The notes: generated by a model not told the origin, from the sequence alone. DNA of 62,751 nucleotides, filler included, from Choristocarpus tenellus KU-1152 (GCA_964200185.2; 13 parts of 13 records of this genome joined end to end with filler, not necessarily neighbours in it), one strand, 5' to 3'; counted from the whole stretch's first letter, positions 26,131 through 40,580 are shown. Translations and numbers: made by a program.

Positions 26131-29100
26131 CTCTGCCCTGTTGGTGGCCAGAACCATCATGAAGCAATGACTGGGGGTTCCTGTGTGGAATAGGAGCGCA
26201 TTCAACGCATTTCGGGTATCCTCAGACATGGTGGGGTTAGACCGCCTTCCAAGGAACGCCTCAGCCTCATCAATGAAAAGCAGCAGGCCCCTGTCTTTGG
26301 ATCGAAGGCAGCGGGTTGGACAGTGTACTTAGGGAGCGCTTGGTACCGCTGTTGAACCACATTATATGTTTTGTGTTGGGAACACCATGGGATATCCGCG
26401 CTATTTCTTACAGAACCGAAGGTTTGGGTAACGAGTGACTGCTTAGATACAACACCTGAAGAAATAGTCAGTAAGACCTTGACACTTCTTTGCAAAATCC
26501 TTAGTCATTATTCTATGGAGAATTTGTACTTGAGCTCCGTGTGATTGCCGTCATGCTTTGGTCTCAGCTCTTTCATTGTGGAGACGCCACTGTGAGGCAT
26601 GCACTCCAATCCAGAAGAACAACAATGAGGCAGGCTATTAGTACAAACAACCGGCAAAGGCCAAGAGGAGGACACAGCACAGATGTCCTCAAGCACAAGG
26701 ATTACTCAAGGTTGCAACAAGTTACGTTGAAATTTTATTTCTTAGGTTACTTTTGAAGAAGTCGGACAAACCTGGAAGTCCTCTTCGCCCATCGGAAAAT
26801 GCCGTGGAGCTCAGTAACCGCGTCCTTCCCTAGAGGTCCCACATCCCCTCCGCTCATGATTGCGCAATCCATACCGGAAGATGCCGCCTGCCAAGGTGAG
26901 GGAGTGTGGGAGAAAAAGAAAAATGTAAAAACAAGGGGAGGAAGAAGAGCACAGCGACAAGCACAATCAAGCAATCGGCAGACTTTTGAATTTGCTTTGT
27001 AACAAGGTCTATCTATAACTATGCACAATATATATATGATTCATACACTTTTGTGTGTATTCACAATATTCATCCAGGGCTTCCAGAGCACTCTTGAGTG
27101 AGGCCTCAGTAGTTATATGAGAACCAACACTCGTGATTCACATGTGGAGAAGTGTGATTGACTGGGATGTGCACTGACTGTGAAATTGAGGAGTTTCATT
27201 AGCACGCCAGCATATTTATCTTTGGTGGGGACTACTTTGGTTGCAACAAGAGTGAGTGCATCATCCTGCTAGGGTAGGCTATTTTTGCTATCTTGTCCGA
27301 AGACGCTCTTGGTCTCTTTCGCGTTGATTCAAAATACTCCTAGAGGATGGATTTTGGCCACTTTATCATTAAGTGGTTTAGAAATGTGATAGCTGACACC
27401 CCAATCAAAGTCTCTTCTCTGGAGAAGTAACAGGCACGATGCAGGTCCAGAAAATAGTAGTAGTAGTGGTGGTAGTGGTGGTGATGGTGGTGGTGGCAGC
27501 GGCGGCGGTGGTGGTAGTCATCGCGACTCCTGCAAAATACCCTGGAATGTAACAGAAACATGAAATTCACAAAAAAAATCTTGGTGCACTCTTCTTCCAT
27601 AAATATAAGGACCACAACAAGGAAAAAGTTGATAGCCACATCCAGTTGGATCACTTCTTCCTCGCAATATACTATTGATACTACGCATTATGCACTTGAT
27701 ACTTGGTACTTGGCATTCTATACTGGAAATGGACAACGAAATCGTCCGAAACTCGGTAGTTTCTACCCTCTCTGACCGAGCTGCAAGTTGTATTACTTCT
27801 TGTTTTGTGTGATAGGATTTATTGACCCAAAGCATTTAAGAGGGTAGGAGCTTTGCCTTGTTTGCCCGTTTGGGGCTTGACTTCCCACGGGGTTTTTATG
27901 CCCCTTTTCGATTTCTGTGTGAACACAGTTACCTAAAATGTATACAACTTGGAAATGTGTGTCCGGAACAAGGATATTGACACTTCCTAACAAACGCGAT
28001 AGCCGAAATTACATCAAAATCACATCATTTGATTTATGACCCCGAACGGACATTCCCTGCCCTCCTAAATGCTATGACTCATTTGGCTTTCTAACCCTAT
28101 CCCTAAACCTAGCTCTGAGAAAGACAAGGCAATGTCGAGACCAATGAATAGCTTCTATTGAAACAATAATCTATCATTATTGATATTTTTGGAACTGTTA
28201 TCGCAGATCAGCGGTGTAACAACAACAAAGATAATATTTTCTTAGCATTTCCTTTCCCGTGGAGGGACTCACCAACCTCTTGGCGACCATTGTCTTTCCT
28301 GTCCCTGGCGGCCCATACAGCAGGAGGTGGCGATATGGTGCCCTGTTCCTACGTGCGTTGCATGTGGCAACTGCGAGAGAACGCACCTGTAGTGGGATCG
28401 CCATTATCGAGTCAGTGCAAGTTAGACAAATTGTGTTTTGCAAAGAAGGGTCGCTGACCACTAGATTACTTTGCACAGTTATAAATGGGAAAGATGAAAA
28501 TGATGGAGTTGTACCAAATTTGCACCAATTTGTGGTTACAGCCTCCGTGAACATTGGTTAGAGGTCGGATCACCAAACCTATGCAACATGATCCAATGTG
28601 TCCTTCCACCATGGTAATACACTCAGATTTTTGCACCCATTTCTAATGCCAAACATGCAAAAAACGTTTCATTCCCCCACTGTCCGCTGGCTGTACTCTA
28701 CGCAACAACGGTATGAAGTCACTGTGTGAAAAGATCACCTGCTCTTGAATGTTTGGGGCAAGAATTACATCCTTGAAGAAACCTGCCACTTGTTCTCTCG
28801 ATCCTTGACGTCCCATTCCTTCTCCCCGCCACACTCTTCTTCTGAAGGTCAATATGGCTATCCAGCGCACTCCTCTCCATGTCTTTATCAGAGCAGCCTC
28901 AATGCTCCCAACTCGAGAGGTTTCCCTCACAAGGCTGGGTCTCCCCAGGCGACTCTCTGCAATCTAGACATTTTGGATGCAGTGGGTGCATCGACAGACA
29001 TAGCGGCGTAGGGATGCTTTGATGCAACAGTGATTCAGCAAATATTTGTCTGTAGCTCTGTTTGCTCTCTCTCTCTCTCTCTCTCTCTCTTGTCATCAGT

Positions 29101-29540
29101 CAGTCCTCATCTTGCTCACAACAATTATGAGATATTCGTGCTTGCCTTCAAACGTGTATGTGGTCTAGACCAAGAGGCTCTGAGCCCTGCGATGATAATC
29201 ACCTACTGCAAAGGGAGGACAATAACAGAACTTTTAACAATTCTAGTATTTTACCAATAAATCTAATGCCTGAGGGAAAGTGTTCAACACATGAGCCCTG
29301 CATTGCTTTCCCTCAACCTGTTTCCTCTACTTTGTGATATCACAGAGCTTTTCATATCGCAACTCTAGTCATAGGCAAGTCAATCGCCCTACTTTCCATT
29401 TTGGACCATCCAAGGATATGATTGCCAGTCCTTCGAAAAGATCACCTGTCTGAGAAGCTGGGTAAATTCCCGTAACATCAAGTAGCCGAGAACAAGCCCG
29501 AGCAACCAGATACACACCACACCTGCCCGTCTGTTGTCCA
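26131..29540 (-). CDS. ATAD3: ATAD3-like mitochondrial AAA+ ATPase (partial, spliced)
   Basis: Phase-compatible GT-AG exons at 29446-~29540 (TM-like), 28739-28963 (IAESRLGRPSLVRETSR), 28273-28386 (Walker A, RHLLLYGPPGTGKT), 26772-26887 (AIMSGGDVGPLG..VTELHGIFRWA) and 26131-26290 (Walker B, GLLLFIDEAEAFL...RNALNALLFHTG...MVLATNR). Confidence 0.93.
27824..28080 (-). mobile_element. MITE family A, copy 7 (diverged; in ATAD3 intron)
   Basis: Family A interior (GTGTCCGGAACAAGGATATTGACACTTCCTAACAAAC) with variant TIRs GACCCAAAGCATTTAAG / CCTAAATGCTATGACTC. Confidence 0.85.
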
Positions 29541-31238
29541 GAATCACGTAAAAATGATCTTGATGTTGTTACATGCGCATTACTTGATGAAAACTATTTA
29601 TCCCCAAAGCATTTGGGATTGGAAGACGTTAATTGAGGGGTGCTGATTCCTCACTGGAGCATATACAAAGTTGTATGTCCATGGTCGGACGGAACAAATC
29701 AGAATTGCTGTCATAGCATATGTCTCTTGCTATTTAGTGGTGTCTTGTCCAAAAGGAAAGTCGATAACAGGATATGTTGTCATAGATAACCTTGTCTCAG
29801 GGCTAGGTTAATCACACCTCATCCATACTGTCGGATCAGTTCACATTCATCTGACTTGTTTGCAGAGTATCAGTCAGGACAACTTAAGGCCATTTGTGTG
29901 GGTGCCCATAACACAACTTCAAGAGTCCATTCTTCTATGCAAAACAAGCTTCACTGTGAAACATCTTGATCACTGCCACCAATACCACACTTTTTCAACT
30001 TCCGGAACTGCTCAAATTCAACAAAGTTCTAGGGATGGAGACAAGATGGCTCGTTTTCCAAATATATATATATATATATATGTATGTATATATATGTATT
30101 TCATTGGCCAACTACACAACTGTTTGGGTGCATACACCATCACTTTCCATACAATACAGAAGTCCAATGCAATGTCTTTACCTAAAGGTTAGGGCTGTAT
30201 GTTATCGATGAGAAAAACGTTGGCTTGTTCACCATACACAGAAATAACTTGTTGCCTCTCAATATACCATTTTCAATTCTAACACCATATTTTCCTCATC
30301 TTTTGAGCTATACGTTGCCAAAAGGCAACAAAGGTGATGGAACTTTTTGCCGATAACATCAGTCCCAAAACTTGAAGGTTTGTGCACTCCTCAACAAAAA
30401 TCCCTTTGAAGAAGGGCACACAACTGTTCCTGCCTGCCTACCGCCTGTGAAACGGAAGAGTTCATTCACACAAACAGACAGAATGTGCCCTTCCTTAACA
30501 TCCAGTAGACTTTCCCCTCCAGCATAGCTTGGTCCAATAGTCTACAAACATGACATGGTAAGTAAGCCATATGGTAACTAAACTACAAAATATATTTGAA
30601 ACATAAAGGCGCTCTACATTTGGTATGTACATACATGGTGTGCAACTTTGGTAACAGTGGTCCCAACAATAGCACAAGAACAGCAGGGTATCGTTTTTAT
30701 TCCTCTAGCCCCAAGTTCTAGGGTTGGTGTAGGTGTTAGGTTAGGGTTAGGATTTAGAACAAATAGGTGGCATGCAGTGAGTGCGCGTTACATTTGAATT
30801 CTGTATTCAAAATGGATCCAACATTCGATCTCTTCTTCAGCTCGAAATTCGACTGTGATTGAATAGTGTATTGCAAATGTAATTTGTCGATGATCCCATT
30901 CTACATCTTGTCGAGTTAGTTGATTTCATGGAACATATCCAGAATCACTGTCATTGTTTTTGAAACACAATGTGTGTACCTCTGATCGATATTTGAGGAG
31001 AATATCTCTCACCAACTACTGAAGACTACTTGGTGTGTACAATCTCATAACCTTTTCCACATCAATACCCCTGAAGTTTGTTAAATCCTCAGGATAAATG
31101 CACTGAGTTGGGGGGATTACGGCTGGAACACCTGCCCTGTGCCCAATCCTGAATTTCAGGTGCATCTGAAGCCCTGGCCTAGGTGCGTGGAACTCCCACA
31201 AATCAGTTCTTTTAGCGAAAGTTGACACATGATGTTTC

Positions 31239-31369
31239 GGCTCATAGTATCTGGGAGGGGGTGGCGGCTGTCCATTTGGGGTTAATTTATTCATGGCATA
31301 CATCGGATGGATACTGTAAATGCACTTTTCCGGATTTTGGTCCAAATCGACACCCTGGTGTAGACCCCC
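31239..31369 (+). mobile_element. MITE family B, copy 5 (cut by contig end)
   Basis: GGCTCATAGTATCTGGGAGGGGGTGGCGGCTGTCCATTTGGGG...GGTCCAAATCGACACCCTGGTGTAGACCCCC. Confidence 0.85.
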
Positions 31370-31671
31370 NNNNNNNNNNNNNNNNNNNNNNNNNNNNNNN
31401 NNNNNNNNNNNNNTTAATTAATTAANNNNNNNNNNNNNNNNNNNNNNNNNNNNNNNNNNNNNNNNNNNNCCCCCCCTCCCCCGCCAAACTCCAAAAACTG
31501 ACTGGCGAACACCCCTCCACATAACCTGTGGCAGACAGCAAATCCTGCTTAACAAGCACAAGGCGAACCAAGGAAGGGGTGACAATACACTGAAAATAAT
31601 TTTTTCTAATCTAAAAAAAAAGAAAAAGAGCAGTTACACCACACACAGAACACACACACTAGCTAGCTCAC

Positions 31672-33044
31672 CAGAACATCAGCGTCCTTGGCCACGAGCT
31701 TCAGTCCCTCCCTGAACTTGGGCGGCGTTTTCTTTCCCTCCTTTTTAGGACTGAAGTGAAACAAAATCAGGAGTGTGGGGAGTGAGAACATGGCGTGGAG
31801 GGTGAAGGCCACCTTGTAGCCCAGCTTCGTCAGCAACCGCCCCGTGAGAAAAGAACCAACCTGGATAACCAAGAACAAAGAAGGTATATTTTTGACAGGG
31901 AGAGGGGGGGGATGGAGGGACAATAAGGGGATGGGTTGTGCATGTTTGTATGCGTATGAGCGTGTGTGTGTGTGTTTTTTGTTGAAGTAGATGCACATGC
32001 GCGGGGGCGTAGCTCGGAGACATAAGAAGAAAAAATAAATAAATATATATATATATATTTATATTTTAAGCGATTGTGTGCACAGTGGTGTATGTTTCGA
32101 CCTTGTTACAGTTACATTCCACAGTTACATTCCGCGTATGAAGTCCAGTTTGAAGTCCAGGCTTTGATGGATGGGTACCTGGAGGGGGGAAGGGAAACGC
32201 CCTCGTCTCATGATAACAACTTTGGGACAAAAGAATGATGAAAACATACATACATACATACATATATACGTATGTATAAAATATCCATGGCAACGACAAC
32301 AACAGCGCACTCAAAAAAACACCACCGGTTTGGTGTTAAGTCCAAACCAAACCCGATCCCATCAACGATCTGAGCAGCAACACGGGCACTGCGAGAGCAC
32401 CTCCAAGGTGCCATTAACCCTAACCCTAACCCGACACGTACCCCCTCTATCAGGACGCAATACACACACACACAATGGAGAGCCAGCTACGATGCTCTAG
32501 GGTAATAAGACGTTAACGCTCCCTACCGCCGCAATTCGAACAAAAACGCCTTCCGGACCCCCATCTGCTCTCACCCCGAATCCCCACTGCCCCCAGAGCC
32601 GCTGCTTCCCGTATTCCTTCTTGTCTTCCAGCAGATTGAGCACGCTACTGTCCAGCAACGGTCGAACCGGTGCGTTCACGATTGCGGTCAAGGTGATGAC
32701 TGAAACAATCCAGGTGAAAGACTGACGCGCTGCGAGCGAAATTCGGAACAGCACTGACGCCACAAAAGTGAACACAAGGATCTCCTTCAGGCGGCCCGTC
32801 TTGTCTGTCAGGGCACCCCAGAGCGGCGATACTAGGAAGGTCATTGCTGGTGTTATGGCCCCCAGATGACCCATTTGCCTTTTTTACGCAAGGGGTTGCG
32901 TGGAGGCGGGGTGGGGGGGGTGAGGGAGATTGGGCAGGGGTCCAAGGGGCGGTGCACAGAACCACAGGGTCCCACTGTGTGGGGGGGGAATGAAGCAAGG
33001 CGACCATTTATTCAGCAACTGCAATAAAGAACATCCACACACTC

Positions 33045-33075
<31 letters not shown>

Positions 33076-33651
33076 ATCCATGTGACTAAATACTGCCACT
33101 GAGGAAGACAATGAAAGCAATTGAAGAGAAAATGGATCAGGGAGAAGAGGAACATAGATGCAAGCCACTACAATCGACCAGCAAGGAGCTGCAACAAACA
33201 CTTCAGTTGGTATGTCCAATGTGCAGAGAGTATCCCACCTATCCGGGATGTTGAGAGAGTGGTAGTACACTGGAAGGTATGGCATGACTGCACCAAGGCT
33301 GCTGTAGAAGAGAAAGAAGAGCACCTTCACCGTAAGGTACCTTGGAGATACCCTCGTTAGCCACAACTTCTTACCCCCGGCCCCAGCTGCTCCAGCTGCT
33401 CCTTGCGACCCAGGTGGGGTGATCGGCGCATCTCCTGGAACTGGCAGCAATGCCAACCCTGTGGCTCCTTCTTGTCCTCCTTCTATCTGTCCCTGACCCC
33501 TTCCCTCTCCACTTCCTATTCCTCCTCCGTCTGGCAAGGACGACGTGTCACTTTCCGTGTAGATTTCAGAGTCTCCTTTACCATCTACGGACCCATCACC
33601 CCTCTCCTCCTTGCCAAATAGAGTATCGCCAACATGCCTTTCCCCTGGCAA
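31672..33651 (-). CDS. MFS transporter, MFSD6-like (N-terminal half, spliced)
   Basis: Exons 33239-~33651 (KVLFFLFYSSLGAVMPYLPVYY), 32575-32878 (SPLWGALTDKTGR...PLLDSSVLNLL..YGKQRLWG) and 31672-31860. GT-AG junctions are in phase; the start codon is uncertain. Confidence 0.88.
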
Positions 33652-34149
33652 GACAGCAATGGAAGCAAGACCCTGCAGGGTCTCACCCTGCTTTGAAAAA
33701 AATCGTGGGGGGTAGTGGTAAAGTTGGTGGGTTCATGATACTTACCACATTGTCAAAACTTTTCCTGAGAGAGCAAACGTAACTGACAGGTACAGAAGCT
33801 TTCCTAAGTGCTCTGCAATTCAACTCCATCGGTTGCGGTGCAACGCCTATAACGCATGTCATGCATTCGCAAACTTCAACCTTCCTACTCAAGTGGCCTT
33901 GTGCACCACATTCTCCCCCCAATAACTGGGCAGTTACGGGAGGACCTAAAATGTCCTAGAATAATGCAAAACTGATGCAATGTGAGTGAAAAGAGTAGTG
34001 GATAGGAATGCCTGCAGCATTTTGCACTTCACATGTGTTGACTCCCCACACCAACGTTTCGAATGAGTGGTCAACTTTCGTAGATGACGTGATATTAAAG
34101 ATTTCAGTATTTGACGACTGATACAACGATTCCAGCGTTCATCCAGCGT

Positions 34150-36830
34150 GTGTGAGATGGTCACTCACGGTTTTTTTCGTGCCCTCCGAAGAGTCTTCTC
34201 CTGCAACCTCAGCACAGTCCGCCGTGCTCGACACCGACTTCGTCTCCCGCCATACATCTTCGACTGTATTTCGCTGCAAGGTGACCACACCTCCCGATCG
34301 CAAGCCAACAATTCCCCCCAGACCAGACCTTGTCCACGAAGATCTAGCGAGGGTCGCGTCTCCAACTGCTCTTACAGTTCCTGACAGGCCCCAGTCGACA
34401 CCTCTCCTCTTTCCACTACAATTTCCAGCGTCCACAGCTGAGCCAACCCTAGCACCCGGCTCAAATCTTTCGGAGCACGAGGCCACGATCCCACAAGACA
34501 AGCATGTCACCAAGACCAGAATCACGTGAGCATCTCGACGGGGTGGTGACAATACCCACACACACCCCATTGCAGCCTCCTGTTACTTGCCAGGCCTCAA
34601 GAGGTCCCTCCCCCTATGAGGCCTGGGTTAGTAGCACTTCTGGAATCCTAAACCGTAATAGATTAATTTATCCCACTGGTGTTCAAGGTTGTCGCTTTTG
34701 AGATAAGATGGTTTCCTCTTACGGTCAACGTGCTACAAGTATTAACCTCCTGCAACGAACGCGTGGAGTCAAACTTCGAGAGTCCCTCAACTCCAAACAC
34801 CACTACCGGGAGGTTCAGCACCAGATTTCTGTGCCTCGCCCTTAGTTCTGTCGAGCTGCTTAGAGACCTTCCACCACCCCTGGCGTCCTCTAACGGCCTG
34901 GTAACATAACTTTGTGGTATACACGCGGCTTCAACTCGACTCGACTCATTGTACAGACAGTAGGGCGACCGCCCACAGACCGACCGTGCATTGGATGATT
35001 TTTCAAATCCAAAATGTAAGAGAAAAAGGAAATGGAAAATAGGATGGATGATCAACAAATGCATGCACCAAAAAACCCTTTGGTAAAACCATGGATCTCC
35101 ATGCCTTTCTCAGGACACAGGGATGGCTCCACCAAATCCCTACCGAGAAGTGGGAAAGTAGATATGCTATACTCTCCAACTCGTGTTGTTGCTTCACCAC
35201 GCAAGAGGAGGTGCCGAAAACGACGGCATTCAAACCTCGACTTTGTTTCAACCCACCCGAATCAACCCTGTCGCGCAAGCGAAAGAGAGGCAGAGGTTCT
35301 AGATCCCCTTCAGGAATGGAAGATGTTCTTGTAACCGACCTCGAATTCGATATCGCGATTGTTACCACCGAACAAGCTATTCATCAACGCGCCAACAGGT
35401 ACATGATATGTGTATTTCACTTCCAAGGCATGGTTGAGAGGAGTGCATCCACTAGCAGACTTTAGGTTTCGACCTGAATAAATCTCCTTACTAGTGTTCC
35501 CCCGCTCTAACCTCTTGTGCCCTGCAGTTCACCAGCCGAAAGGATGTCGGCCCTATACTTTCGTTTCGAAGGTACTACGTACTTCGTTGAGCACACTCTC
35601 ATGGACGGGATCATGTACCCTCAAGGTGCTGGAGCTGCATCCGATGGCAAAGGGGACCAACAGGGCGCAGCCAGCTATGCAGCCGGAAGAAAAGACAGAG
35701 AATCAACCAATTCTGTGGAAACTATACCCTTTGCTGGTTTCATTTTCCCTGGTGTGGTCCTCAAGTTTTGGGTGAGTGCCCTTACCAGGCCATGTTTTTA
35801 TGTTGCAAGGTCAAGTAGCTGGAGTGGTGATGAGGCAAACCTACGAGGTGCTGATGAAACATTGGGTAAGATCAGGTTCCAGGAGTTATATGTAACTATA
35901 ACCACGTATCGATCCAGTAACCATATAAACGTAGAAGCTAGAGCGATAGGAATGCCATCCCTCCACGCAATATCATTTTCCATTTAGACCTACCTGCACC
36001 CCAACCGAACGACTATGTTAGCTGTTAAAAATCTGCGAGTAGAAGGAGGAAGAAATGTGTCCGTATTTATGCGGTCCCGAAGCAAGTGCTGGTCTCGGTT
36101 GCAATATTTTCCCCCTGATTCCAGACACCGAAGATCCAAGGAAAGGAGGAGGCAGTGCAAACCCTACAGGATGTGATCAAGAGAATGATGAACCGCCTCA
36201 CCCCAGGAGACTGCGCACACCCACTCTCCGTGCCTGGGGCATCAGCTTGCGAAGATCTGACGAATGAGACTTTGCAAGGTGGGTGTAAGAATTTTATTGT
36301 CGAGTTCTGCCTACGACTGCCATGTCCGGGTAGTGTATAAATTATAAGTTGCACAAGAGTTGGGTCGCCAGTTTTGTTGTTGACTCTTTGGGCAGTTTTT
36401 TCAACCAGGTTCAATTGGGAAAGGGGTGCAGCTTAAAGGACACTGCCCTTGGTCTCTACTCCCAGCACTACTGCACTGGAGGAGGGGGGTAGGAAGTAGG
36501 TCGTCTTCAGCGTCTGATTGAATCCTCTCCGCTCATAATTGAGTTGCTTCAGCAAAGAGACCATGGTATTACGAATTATGTAGAGTCCAGAAGCCCAGCA
36601 GGATGGTCATGTCAGACTGCTGTGCCCAGTAGTCAGTCACAGTTTGAGGTCTGGAAGGTCCTACCTGGCCACAACACATTTATGTGCATGTTGCCCACTC
36701 CTTCCTAACACACCACCCAGAACCAACATGTTTTGCACTAAACGATCTTGTTCTATTAGTACTACTGCAAAGTCCCTCTCCTTCACTCGATTCTAAAGTT
36801 CCTACCAAGGAAGTAACGACCACTCAGTGT

Positions 36831-36871
<41 letters not shown>

Positions 36872-37974
36872 ACCCCCACCCCGCGCACACGAACGAGGCA
36901 GTGAAGGAACGNNNNNNNNNNTATTTTGACTACTTTTTCATCCCAAATCACACACAAAAAAAAAAAAAAAAAAAAAACTGGGGGTGGATTTCGGTGCCCC
37001 CCCCCCCCCCCCGCACCATTCCACCGCCGTTTTTCCTTGCATACACCCAGGTCTAAGTGAAGCAGCAGATGGTTTCAGGGCACGGTTGACATCGTGGGAC
37101 AAGTTTGTGTTAGGGACGCATAGATTTTTGGAGGGTGCTTCCGGGCGTGTTCCGATTATGGCAAGGTGATTTTTTATTTGTTTATTTATACTCTCTTGGT
37201 CTTTTTTTGTTTCCCCTCCACTTCGCCAACACAGTAGTACTCCGTAATCTTTTTCGAGACACCTCTCAAGTCTACGACTCCTGTAGAAGGTACACATCAA
37301 TCGATGAACACAGCGTAGTACTGTCTCATTTTTTGCGCCGACGATGTCGTGTGGTGCAGTACTAGTCCCTACTACTCATAGAAAGAGTGATACGTCATTT
37401 GAAGGCGTTCACCGTGGATTGGATTGTGCATACACGTGTAGTACGTATGTCGATTTTTTTTTTTTTAACTAAGATACCCTTCGCCACTTCTTTTGAATCT
37501 CTTGCGCTTCTGGTCTGTCTTCTTTTTTTTTCTTTCTTTTTTTTTTCCAAAGCTTCGGTCATGTTAGATTAAGCACAGGCAGGGGAGGGGGACTCAACCA
37601 CCCCCCCGTAAACCCTAAAAACAGTTCTCGCCCCTTGAACTACTGCAGTAGGGGTTGAACTGGTACGCCTTGAGAACCGCATATGGCACCCTCGGCACCA
37701 CAGTTGGGAGGGCCGGGGTAAGACGTATGAGACAGAACTGTTGTGAAGGGGATGCCCTTCCAAAGTGGCCGGAAACACGAGCAAGAATAGATACTAAGTG
37801 CCTGTCCGCGAGTAGATACTCCTTTTATTGGTGTAACACAAGCAGTCAAGCCCTGTGATGGTATTGGCGGGCGGGGGGGGGGGGGGGGTCTTTTTTAGGG
37901 GGGAAAAAAAAATGGGGGGAGCGGCACGGGCCCCCAAAAAGGTATTGGGCCTTGAANNNNNNNNNNGGGGGAGG

Positions 37975-38034
<60 letters not shown>

Positions 38035-38200
38035 ATCTTTTCGAGTGAGAAGACACATTGGGGTGCTCGGCCAGTGCCTACTAATAGGACTTGTGCCTTG
38101 AAAAGGTTAATGCATATGGTGATACCTCCTTTTACCGTTTTTCGCTCGGAACAGACGCTGATGAAGTGCCTCAAGAAGATTTAAGGATATATGCAGAGGT
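34150..38200 (+). CDS. Probable multi-exon gene of unknown function, divergent from the MFS gene
   Basis: A series of open segments bounded by splice-like sites: ~34152-34525, 34679-34900, 35091-35398, 35529-35770, 36125-36280, 36511-36650 and 38090-38198. No family recognised. Confidence 0.4.
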
Positions 38201-39189
38201 GATCTCACAGTTCTTCCCCTCTCCTGTAGTCAGTTTGACTTCACCATGGAGTGATTCGATTCTTATTATTCGAAAAGAAAATATCTTGTTTGTCAACATT
38301 AAACATTAGCTCCTGAGATTCACCAAAATATCCATACATTGCCATCATGTCGACCCCCCCCCCCCCAAGGCNNNNNNNNNNNNNNNNNNNNNNNNNNNNN
38401 NNNNNNNNNNNNNNNTTAATTAATTAANNNNNNNNNNNNNNNNNNNNNNNNNNNNNNNNNNNNNNNNNNNNCCGTGGAAACAAGGCATGGCTTCCACCTT
38501 CTTCCCCTACTAGCAACGTACTGTACTGCTGTGTGGTCATGACTCAGGAAGAAAGGCACTTTTCGCGATAAATTTTTACGCGCGCGCCAAACTCGCGTGA
38601 ATATCTCCCCGATTCTGTACCAAATCGCCCGAATACGAGAATTCTCGTACAACAGCCTATTTTTTTTAGTATGTCGAAAAAAGCAGTACAAAAATGGGGT
38701 TGGTATATAATATTTGATATTAAGCAAAATGTCAGAGGGCATAATAATATATATATATATATTTGGTATAAAATAGGTGTAGGTACTGTATATGTCGTCA
38801 TATATAAACATACAGTCATTGAGGTTTTCTCGTCAGGAATCCTTGATTCTTATGGAGGGTCCATTGGAAAAAGTCAAACCAATATCACAACGGGTCTATT
38901 TATTCTATTATTATGCTCTGTAACATTTTGTAGATGATGTGTGAGGGGAAAAACCAATGAAAACTATTAGGACCTCTACGAAAGTAACAGTTTTTTTAAG
39001 ATTATTTGTTACTGTTATGTTCCATCCAATTTTGTTTTTTGAGAGTGATATTTTGTTTTGTCCTAGGGGAATCACATGTTACATCAACCCGAAACTCGTA
39101 TGAACTCTGTTGTCCTATGGTGACGTCCTGACTGAAGCTAGAGAACGAGTGAAGAGTGAGTGAGCATAGCCCCCCCCCCCTGCCGCCAC

Positions 39190-40580
39190 ATGTCTGAGCG
39201 AATTGTTTCGTCGGCACAGATCGTTGATGGACATCGTACTGGTAGAATTCCTTCTCCCATTCCATGGCCTGTGCTTTACCGTGGCAATTTGGAGGATAGC
39301 AAGAATGGACTGGAGGACGTGGACATCAGTGGGGCATTCTCTGAAGCCAAACATCGTAGTAACCGCTGGAACAAGTGCTTATTAGGAGTTTTCCTCCTTG
39401 GACTTGTAGTGTACATTGCCGTCGACTTTTCTAGCCCCGATCAAATGGTGATCAAGGAATGGTTTGAAGGTTTCCTTGAATGGGTTGAGGAAAATATATA
39501 CGAAGGTGAGATTGGACACCAATCTCTGCACTCGACGCCCTGCGCACCATTGATCGAACAAATTATGATCAGATCTCTCTTGTTCTCAAATATATCTGAC
39601 ATACACGAATTCCCAACTCTGATGACACGAGAGTGGACCCCTTGCAATGTTCATTTGAATCTCTTTCATAATTTATACTTACCCCTCACATTGTCGGCTT
39701 TCGTCTAGATCTTGAAGAGAGATTTCCTCTGTTGAGTACACCAAGTATTAACCGACACTCTCCCTGCTGTCCTTCAGGTGTACTCGCGTTTGCGTGTGTT
39801 TACGCCCTGTCAACGATCTTGTTTGTGCCTGGCGTAATCCTTACTGTGGGTGCGGGGCTGGCATTTGGTGGCGCTGTTGGAGTTGGCTACGGTGTGCTGA
39901 TGGGATCCATAGCAGTCTCGATTGGGGCGGTCGCGGGAAGCGTTGCTTCGTTCTTTCTTGGCAGGTCAGGGCTCCTCACCTTAATTATCGTTGGTGAAGT
40001 TGTGGGTGATCTTTGGCTCAGACACTGTTTCACTCGGAGAGAAATCTGTGTACCTTTGGGTTACCACATGAGCAGTCGGTAATTTGTAGTGTTCTGGTAG
40101 CAGTTACTGAGACCAGACTTCAGCAGGGTTGATGTGAAAAATCTTAACAACACTCGACACCGTGGCTTCCGAGATCACCGTCCGATTGCCATCGTGTCGG
40201 ATTCTAATGAGCTGGTGCTAAATAAGTTCATTACACCTGGGCTCGTTCTTTGGAGATGCAAGATTAGACTAAACACAGAGACCAGGTGGACAAAGAGTTT
40301 TACAAGGTGTCGTCACCACGTGTACCTGAGGATAAGCCAAATCTTTTCACATTTTGTCCTTGCTTACTTGAAACGCCTCCACCTTAACCTTCCACCCCAC
40401 CTCTCTCCACTCTCCCTCCGTCATTGCCGCCAGATACGTTTGCCATGAAAAGGCCCAGGAATGGGCTCATCGCTTCAAAGTTCTTAAAGCTATTAACTTG
40501 GCCATTGAGAAAAATGGTATAAAGATGATGGTTTTACTGCGGTTAAGCCCGCTGGTGCCCTACAGTGCCTTCAATTATGT
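39190..40580 (+). CDS. TVP38/TMEM64 family (DedA/SNARE-associated) membrane protein (partial, spliced)
   Basis: Exons 39190-39505, 39778-39964 (YALSTILFVPGVILTVGAGLAFG...GAVAGSVASFFLGR) and 40434-40580 (AINLAIEKNGIKMMVLLRLSPLVPYSAFNY), containing the hallmark LRLSPLxP..NY motif. Confidence 0.92.

Noticed and set aside
7886-27993. Family of small paralogous ORFs beginning MLGSVN/K (7886-8212, 20772-20954, 27793-27993) and the antisense ORF 23298-23639
   Set aside because: These are translations of MITE family A. Frames are not conserved between copies.
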